DNA from: Moraxella nasicaprae | Lineage (GTDB): Bacteria > Pseudomonadota > Gammaproteobacteria > Pseudomonadales > Moraxellaceae | Length of the DNA: 32,000 bases | Assembly: GCF_025643275.1 (NCBI RefSeq) | Contig: NZ_CP089977.1 | Location: forward strand, 1,140,001 to 1,172,000 | Reading direction: 5' to 3' | Shown here: positions 26,422 through 32,000 of the stretch, piece after piece | Layout of the letters: each line of letters opens with the position of its first letter | Numbering within the stretch: position 1 is the first letter of the stretch | Notes under the pieces: generated by a model | The model's database searches: none | The model's input: only the letters and a program-made list of their open reading frames with translations | Told to the model about the DNA's origin: nothing | Translations under genes and position numbers: made by a program

Positions 26422-27270
26422 TTAGATGGCTCTTTCTTTATAAAACGGCTCATCGCCAAGCACAGTCGCACGGTGCATAATCCGATGAGCATCGCCATAA
26501 TCAAACAGTGCCTTGTGCTGGGTGGCACGATTATCCCAAATCACCACATCGCCCTCGCTCCATTGATGGCGAATGACAAACTCATCCTTGATACTGTGGG
26601 CAAACAGCTTATCAAGTAGCTCACGGCTTGTCTGTTCGTCCAGTCCGTCAATCTGACTGGTAAAGCCCTCGCTGACAAATAGCCCCTCCTTGCCTGTCTC
26701 GGGGTGGGTGCGGACAACAGGGTGCGATAGCGGTGGGTTATTTGCAATCGCCTTTTGCAATTTTTCATCATCTTCGGCAGACTGCCCAAAGCGTTCGGCA
26801 GGAAAGGATAGACGAATGTCGTGGGTGGCGGTTTTGCCTCGTAAAAAATCTTTGGTTTCATCGTCCAAGGCTTCAAAGGCGGCGGTCAGACTTGCCCACA
26901 AGGTGTCGCCTCCAACAGGCGGAATTTTGACCGCTCGTAACACACAGCCCAAAGGCGGTGTTTTGCTAAAAGTAACATCGGTATGCCAAAGCTCATTATC
27001 TCGCAAATCGGTCTGATGACTGTCTAGCACAATCACTTCCTTAACATCAGGCACGGTGGGGAAAACTGGGTGAATATGAAGGTTGCCAAAAGTGCGTGCT
27101 AGGGCGACTTGCGACTGGCTGGTCAGGTTTTGTCCTTTAAAAAATAGCACTTGGTGTTTGAGTAGTGCCTCTTTGATGGCTTGATTGTCATCGGCACTTA
27201 GGTGGTTTAAGTCCACGCCTGTGATGGTTGCACCGATGGCAGGTTTGATGGGAGTGATTTGAATGCTCAT
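26422..27270 (-). CDS. tauD: Taurine dioxygenase (Fe(II)/2-oxoglutarate-dependent)
   Basis: 282 aa, collinear with E. coli TauD: HIHPV, the WHTDVTF HxD iron ligands, GGDTLW, NPPLSHPVVRTHP, WDNRATQH, RIMHRATVLGDEPFY. Confidence 0.9.
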   Translation of the reverse strand: MSIQITPIKPAIGATITGVDLNHLSADDNQAIKEALLKHQVLFFKGQNLTSQSQVALARTFGNLHIHPVFPTVPDVKEVIVLDSHQTDLRDNELWHTDVTFSKTPPLGCVLRAVKIPPVGGDTLWASLTAAFEALDDETKDFLRGKTATHDIRLSFPAERFGQSAEDDEKLQKAIANNPPLSHPVVRTHPETGKEGLFVSEGFTSQIDGLDEQTSRELLDKLFAHSIKDEFVIRHQWSEGDVVIWDNRATQHKALFDYGDAHRIMHRATVLGDEPFYKERAI

Positions 27271-27390
27271 TTATGATTCCTTATAGACTATTGATGATAT
27301 TATTGATGAGATGTACTATAAATCAGTCTGCTTGGGAATAAAAAGAATAAATTTCACTTAATATATTCTAGTTTTTCATATCAAATCATA

Positions 27391-27423
27391 AAAAATCACG
27401 CCCAAACGATGGCTTGGGCGTGA
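27391..27423 (-). terminator. Rho-independent terminator of the acyl-CoA dehydrogenase gene
   Basis: A 10-bp stem, TCACGCCCAA (27396-405) with TTGGGCGTGA (27414-23). On the minus strand a U5 run follows (A-run 27391-95). Confidence 0.8.
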
Positions 27424-27448
27424 TGGCTGATGCTAGAATGCAACCAAG

Positions 27449-29269
27449 TTAGTCTAAGAAAGCAAAATGCTCAATCTGCATCTGCGTCATGCTGCTGCTT
27501 GGTGTGGTCATGCTTTCAGCGTGTGCAGAAGTGCGTGGCAAAATCTTATCAAAATAAAACTCTGCGGTTTGGGTTTTGGCAAGATAAAACTCTTTGGGTT
27601 GTTCGCCGCCATTTTTTAGTTTGTCAAATGACACCGCCGCCATTCTCGCCCAATGATACGCCATCATCACATAGCCTGAATACATCAAGAAATCATCAGA
27701 TGCCGCTGAGACGATGTCACGGTCTTTGCGAGCGGTCAGCAGTAGGCGAGCGGTCAGCATATTCCATTCGGCACACAGCTTGGTCAATGCCCAAACATAC
27801 TTACGCATTTCTTTGTCTAGGGCGTATTCGCCACACCATTTCATGATACCTGCGGTGTAGTCACGAATCACTTTGCCACCGCCTTGTAGCAATACTTTGC
27901 GACCCAATAAGTCTAGGGCTTGCACACCTGTTGTGCCTTCGTACAGCGTAGAAATACGAGCATCACGAGCAATCAGCTCCATGCCAGCTTCTTTAATATA
28001 GCCGTGTCCGCCATAGATTTGTTGTCCGTGTTTGGCAGCCTCGATGCTCAGCTCAGTGATGAAGCCTTTGATGATTGGGGTGAAAAATCCCAATTTATCG
28101 TCCCATTGTTTGATGGCAGCTTCATCGCCTTTGACCACCGCTTCGGCAAGTTTGTCAGCATAGCGAGCGGTGTGATAAATCATACTTCTGGCTCCTTCGG
28201 CAAAGGCTTTTTGGGTCAGAAGCATACGACGCACATCAGCGTGATGAATGATGGCATCAGCAGCTTGATTGGGTTCTTTTGTGCCTGACAAAGCACGCAT
28301 AGAACGGCGTTCTTTGGCATAAGGCAGGGAGTTTTGGAAAGCCAGCTCCATGTGTGCCAAGCCCTGAACGCCTGTACCAATACGAGCGGTGTTCATGTAG
28401 GTAAACATGGCTTTTAGCCCTTTGTTTGGTTCGCCAAGCAGATAGCCTGTCGCACCATCGAAGTTTAGCACACAGGTGGCTGATGAGCTGATGCCCATTT
28501 TGTGTTCGATAGAGCCACAATGCACCGCATTTCTTTCGCCCATCTCGCCTGACCCGGTTGGCAAGAATTTTGGCACGATAAAGAGCGAAATGCCTTTGGT
28601 ACCAGCAGGTGCATCAGGCAGGCGAGCCAGCACAATATGAACGATGTTGTCGGTCAGGTCATGTTCGCCTGCTGAAATGAAGATTTTGCTGCCTGTGATG
28701 GTGTAGCTGCCGTCTTCATTTGGTGTGGCACGAGTTTTCATTTGGTTTAGGTCAGTGCCGCAGCCCGCCTCAGTTAAGCACATGGTGCCAGACCATTCGC
28801 CTGTCACCAGTTTTGCTAGATAGATGCGTTTTTGGGTGGCATCGCCATATTGCAAGATGGTATTGACCGCCCCAATGGACAAACCTGGATACATCGCCCA
28901 CGGCCAGTTTGCCGTACCCATCATTTCTGATTTGATGAGGTTTAATGACATGGGCAGGTTCATGCCACCAAATTCTTCTGGATAGCTGATGCCTTGCCAG
29001 CCACCTTCGGCAAATTGTTGATAAGCCTCTTTAAACCCTTTGGGCGTGGTAACTTGACCATCATTAAAATGACAGCCCTCTTCATCGGCTGGTTGATAGA
29101 TGGGCGATAGCACATTTTCGGCAAAATCTGCAAAACCCTGCAAAATCATCTCAACCGTTTCAGCGTCAGCATTTTTGCCGTTGTCTAGGGTTTGGTAGTG
29201 CTTTTGGTAGTCAAACATCTCATTGATGAGAAATTTCATGTCACGCAAAGGGGCTTTGTAACTTAGCAT
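27449..29269 (-). CDS. Long-type acyl-CoA dehydrogenase (about 600 aa class with a C-terminal extension domain)
   Basis: 606 aa. Acyl-CoA dehydrogenase core motifs (GTMCLTEAGCGTDL, IFISAGEHD, QIYGGHGYIKE, STLYEGTTGVQALDL) plus a roughly 150-aa C-terminal extension. AAGGAAG RBS upstream. Confidence 0.85.
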   Translation of the reverse strand: MLSYKAPLRDMKFLINEMFDYQKHYQTLDNGKNADAETVEMILQGFADFAENVLSPIYQPADEEGCHFNDGQVTTPKGFKEAYQQFAEGGWQGISYPEEFGGMNLPMSLNLIKSEMMGTANWPWAMYPGLSIGAVNTILQYGDATQKRIYLAKLVTGEWSGTMCLTEAGCGTDLNQMKTRATPNEDGSYTITGSKIFISAGEHDLTDNIVHIVLARLPDAPAGTKGISLFIVPKFLPTGSGEMGERNAVHCGSIEHKMGISSSATCVLNFDGATGYLLGEPNKGLKAMFTYMNTARIGTGVQGLAHMELAFQNSLPYAKERRSMRALSGTKEPNQAADAIIHHADVRRMLLTQKAFAEGARSMIYHTARYADKLAEAVVKGDEAAIKQWDDKLGFFTPIIKGFITELSIEAAKHGQQIYGGHGYIKEAGMELIARDARISTLYEGTTGVQALDLLGRKVLLQGGGKVIRDYTAGIMKWCGEYALDKEMRKYVWALTKLCAEWNMLTARLLLTARKDRDIVSAASDDFLMYSGYVMMAYHWARMAAVSFDKLKNGGEQPKEFYLAKTQTAEFYFDKILPRTSAHAESMTTPSSSMTQMQIEHFAFLD

Positions 29270-29375
29270 AAGTCTTCCTTTATCTTGTTGATGAATTGCA
29301 CTGATTGGGCAATAAAAAAGTATGGATAAAGAGCAATATACAGTAATTTTTGGACAAGCACAGCGATTTTGTCGA

Positions 29376-29430
29376 ATTGATAAAATATTTTCATATTCGT
29401 GTATTGATTATATAAAAATATTTTATCAAT
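29376..29430. repeat. Perfect 16-bp AT-only inverted repeat with a 23-bp spacer, upstream of the acyl-CoA dehydrogenase gene
   Basis: ATTGATAAAATATTTT (29376-29391) and AAAATATTTTATCAAT (29415-29430). It lies 107-161 bp upstream of the ATG at 29269. Confidence 0.6.
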
Positions 29431-29481
29431 GATGATGGGTTTGATGATTTTTTATCACAAGCATCACGCAGTCATGACAAT

Positions 29482-29506
29482 AAAAAAGGGCGAAACCAAG
29501 TCGCCC
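29482..29506 (-). terminator. Rho-independent terminator of the 42-aa peptide gene
   Basis: Stem GGGCGA (29488-93) with TCGCCC (29501-06), and a 7-nt loop. On the minus strand a U6 run follows (A-run 29482-87), 24 nt after the stop. Confidence 0.7.
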
Positions 29507-29529
29507 AATGTTGTTTCATCAATGAATGA

Positions 29530-29658
29530 TTATAGCTTGCAAGCACCGCCTTCACAGCCAGCGTCATTTTCGTTATCCACGCCACCCTCGACAGCCACGC
29601 CATCAAACTCATCAAATAAATCGTCCAAATTGTCAAAATCAAGTGCGTTATCGCTCAT
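29530..29658 (-). CDS. Small acidic protein (42 aa) with a C-terminal CX4C motif, unknown function; absent from the ORF track because it is under 60 aa
   Basis: Hand translation gives MSDNALDFDNLDDLFDEFDGVAVEGGVDNENDAGCEGGACKL. AAGGGG lies 8 nt upstream of the ATG. An extended -10, TGCTAGAAT (plus coordinates 29704-29712), lies upstream and an intrinsic terminator lies downstream. Confidence 0.6.
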   Translation of the reverse strand: MSDNALDFDNLDDLFDEFDGVAVEGGVDNENDAGCEGGACKL

Positions 29659-29789
29659 TATTTTACCCCTTATTTCATCAATGTGGAAAAAATTGTGGGG
29701 CGTATTCTAGCAAATTTATCCATCAAAATAAAACAAAATATGGGGTATTTTCGCAAAATTTTGCACAATTTATGGTAAAGTTTTGAAAA

Positions 29790-30599
29790 TTAAGCAGTTT
29801 TTAATTGGCTAAGACAATCGGTTGTGATGACCTGATTTGTCCATAGTTCAAAAGCGTAAGCCGCCTGATGAATGAGCATGCCGTAACCATCACAAATCTT
29901 GGCATTTTGGGCGGCAAAATGTGCCAAAAATGCCGATGGTTTGCCATACATCATGTCATAAGCAAAATTTGCTTGGCAGTTGCCTAAGTTCAGATGTTGT
30001 CCGTGTGTGGTGGCAGAAGTGGCATTGATGATGACATCGTGTTTGGCTCTCATCAGTTCATCGAGCGTTTTGATGGATAAGGGGTGTTTGGATAGGGCAT
30101 CAAAATCGGTTGCCAGCGATTGAGCTTTGGTTAGTGTGCGATTGTAGATGGTGAGCCTTGCTCCTGCTTTTAGTAGTGGCAAGATTGCTCCACGAGTCGC
30201 TCCACCAGCCCCAACGATGGCGACATCTGATGATGCCAAAGATACGCCTTGTCCAATCAAATCTGCCACCAGTCCACGCCCATCGGTGTTGTCGCCATAG
30301 AGCTTACCGTCCTTGATGGCAAGGGTATTGACCGCCTTAGCACAAGCTGCCTCATCGCTAAGATTGCCTGTATCGACACACAGCTGATAGGCGATTTCTT
30401 TAAAGGGCAAGGTGACATTTGCCCCCACGCCACCACCATGAAAAAATGCTTGCACCACCGCCACAAAACTGTCTTTGTCATCAGGGCAAAACTGCCGCTG
30501 ATAGCTGATGGCAAGCCCTGTATGCTTGGCAAAGGCGTGATGAATTTGGGGGCTTTTTGAATGGCTGATGGGATTGCCAATGACGATGAAATGTTGCAT
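29790..30599 (-). CDS. aroE: Shikimate dehydrogenase
   Basis: N-terminal VIGNPISHSKSPQIHH substrate motif, NVTLPFK, DNTDG, and NADP-binding GAGGATRG. The start is taken at ATG 30599 (MQHFIVIG, about 270 aa); the track ORF extends to 30689. Confidence 0.9.
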   Translation of the reverse strand: MQHFIVIGNPISHSKSPQIHHAFAKHTGLAISYQRQFCPDDKDSFVAVVQAFFHGGGVGANVTLPFKEIAYQLCVDTGNLSDEAACAKAVNTLAIKDGKLYGDNTDGRGLVADLIGQGVSLASSDVAIVGAGGATRGAILPLLKAGARLTIYNRTLTKAQSLATDFDALSKHPLSIKTLDELMRAKHDVIINATSATTHGQHLNLGNCQANFAYDMMYGKPSAFLAHFAAQNAKICDGYGMLIHQAAYAFELWTNQVITTDCLSQLKTA

Positions 30600-30814
30600 A
30601 GCTGTGTGCCTAATCCAAAAATCAAACCTTTTTGCACGATGGCGACCATCTGCCCAAAAGTTAAGCTGATGGGCATCATGATTTGCCATGACTTAAATCG
30701 TTGCCACAAATGGCGATTTTTTAGGATTTTGTGGAAGGTTTGATGTTGTCAAAAATTCAGCAAACAATAAGCCAATGCTGACGACTTGTCAAGTTTTTGG
30801 GCAAATCATGATAT

Positions 30815-30843
30815 TTGGCAAAGTGGCTAAAACCCTGTACAAT
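30815..30843 (+). promoter_or_regulatory. Candidate sigma70 promoter for the hypothetical-pabC unit
   Basis: TTGGCA (30815-20), 17-nt spacer, TACAAT (30838-43), 25 nt upstream of the ATG at 30868. Confidence 0.5.
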
Positions 30844-30867
30844 GGCAGATAACTTCACCAAATAAGA

Positions 30868-31443
30868 ATGCTTATGACCGCTAATAACAAGACAAACAAA
30901 CCTGTCATTTTGTGGATAGTGATTGGACTCATACTGTTTTTATTGCTGTGGTTTGGCATATCGTCTGATGAGTCAGCCCAAGCCCCAACCGATGTGCCAA
31001 AATCGCCCCCAACTGCGGTCATCTATCCCACTGATGATTGGCAGTTGCCCAGCCGACAAAGTGCCAAAATGACTGATATTAAGGCGGTGCTGGGCGATGT
31101 TATCCAGACGCAGTCGTCACTGGATTTTTATGGCAGACCTGCAACTTTATCCTATTATCGACAGGCCTTTTTGCCACCACTTTATACGGTTGAGTCTGAT
31201 AGACTGTTTGAGCTGGTGTGGTATTATCCCACCCCCACTGACAGCGATGCCGACAAGAGAGCTGGACAAGAATACGCCAAGCGTGCCCATGAATTGATGG
31301 GCGTGGCAACAGGCGAATTGGGGGCAAATCTCATCAAGGCATTGGTGCAGGGCAAGACGATTTCAAAACTGGATTTGGGCGATTTTTATGTGGTGCAGGC
31401 AGCGTGCAAGCCTTATCGCTGTCGTGTGATTTTATCGTATTGA
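30868..31443 (+). CDS. Hypothetical protein with an N-terminal membrane anchor
   Basis: 191 aa. KPVILWIVIGLILFLLLWFGI is a single TM or uncleaved signal, and the rest is soluble with no motif I recognise. The ATG at 30874 is an alternative start. The stop lies 10 nt before pabC. Confidence 0.55.
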   Translation: MLMTANNKTNKPVILWIVIGLILFLLLWFGISSDESAQAPTDVPKSPPTAVIYPTDDWQLPSRQSAKMTDIKAVLGDVIQTQSSLDFYGRPATLSYYRQAFLPPLYTVESDRLFELVWYYPTPTDSDADKRAGQEYAKRAHELMGVATGELGANLIKALVQGKTISKLDLGDFYVVQAACKPYRCRVILSY

Positions 31444-31453
31444 TGGGGGCGCG

Positions 31454-32000
31454 ATGTACTATCTATTTGATGGCGATTGGCAGCAGGTACACACGCCCAT
31501 TGATGAACGAGCGTGTGCTTATGGTGATGGATTTTTTAGCACCATTGGCGTGTATGATGGGCAAATGCTTTGGCAAGACCATCACAAAGACAGAATACGC
31601 ACAGGCGTACAGGTGTTTGGTTTTGAGCTGGATATTGAGCCATTGATGGGTCATTTGGTCAAATTTGCCAGTCAAATGAATGAAGGTATCATCAAAATCA
31701 TCGTCAGTCGTTGTCAGCAATCGGTGCGTGGCTATGGCTATCAAGATGGGCAGTGTCAGGTGTGGATTAAGGCGATGCCAAGCCAGATTTATCAAGGCGT
31801 TGTGTGGATTGATGGCGTACCTGTTCAGCCAGCCATGCAGATTGGCTGTTTGCCTGATGCCCTACCAACTCGTATTCCTGCCTTGTGCGGTGTTAAGCTC
31901 ATCGCTTGTCCAGAACAGGTGCTGGCGGTAGCACGATTACAGCAGATACAGCAGGATAATCCAAGCATCAGCGATGCCTTGCTTGGCGATGTGCGGGGCG
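31454..32000 (+). CDS. pabC: Aminodeoxychorismate lyase (fold-type IV PLP enzyme); 5' part only, runs off the window
   Basis: Hand translation from ATG 31454 gives MYYLFDGDWQQVHTPIDERACAYGDGFFSTIGVYDGQ... and stays open to position 32000. The ERAxAYGDGFF motif is typical of PabC/IlvE-fold enzymes. The ORF is absent from the track because it has no stop in the window. Confidence 0.7.
   Translation, partial: MYYLFDGDWQQVHTPIDERACAYGDGFFSTIGVYDGQMLWQDHHKDRIRTGVQVFGFELDIEPLMGHLVKFASQMNEGIIKIIVSRCQQSVRGYGYQDGQCQVWIKAMPSQIYQGVVWIDGVPVQPAMQIGCLPDALPTRIPALCGVKLIACPEQVLAVARLQQIQQDNPSISDALLGDVRG

Noticed and set aside
1-32000. A search for mobile elements, CRISPR repeats, tRNA or rRNA genes, integrases, toxin-antitoxin pairs or defence-island signatures.
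   Set aside because: I saw no direct-repeat arrays, no terminal inverted repeats flanking ORFs, no transposase-, integrase- or nuclease-like ORFs and no tRNA-like GC-rich cloverleaf segments. The only composition anomaly is the small AT-rich segment at 23110-23700, which is already reported.

Overview
The window looks like ordinary chromosome from a moderately AT-rich gammaproteobacterium. Gene order and the protein sequences suggest Moraxellaceae (Moraxella-like), but I cannot confirm taxonomy without a database search. Left to right it holds: artP-artI-type amino-acid ABC transporter genes (-); citrate synthase gltA (-), divergent across a 723-bp regulatory region from sdhCDAB (+); a DUF1615-like lipoprotein (-); tesB (-), divergent from plsB (+); and an iron-acquisition block. 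That block is a ferric-hydroxamate-type fhuC-fhuD-fhuB operon, a TonB-dependent receptor and a YojI/PvdE-type exporter-fold ABC protein (all +), converging on a YfeABCD/AfeABCD-type metal ABC operon (-) that has a near-consensus Fur box. After that come tauD plus a CycA-like amino-acid permease (-), a roughly 600-aa acyl-CoA dehydrogenase (-), aroE (-), a membrane-anchored hypothetical protein (+) and the 5' part of pabC (+). I found no tRNA, rRNA, CRISPR array, IS element, transposase, integrase, phage gene or recognisable defence module. I do not see a convincing novel multi-gene system. The items worth follow-up are small. (1) A Fur-box promoter is followed about 70 nt later by a canonical intrinsic terminator just upstream of the siderophore receptor gene; this could be an iron-regulated sRNA or an attenuating leader. 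(2) A 42-aa acidic CX4C peptide gene, below the ORF-track cutoff, has its own RBS, extended -10 and terminator. (3) Two small AT-rich membrane ORFs, one with a His-rich loop, sit between afeA and afeB. (4) An exporter-fold ABC protein is attached to the hydroxamate-uptake genes. (5) tauD is paired with a CycA-like permease rather than tauABC. All functional calls rest on motif and sequence recognition by eye; no searches were run.
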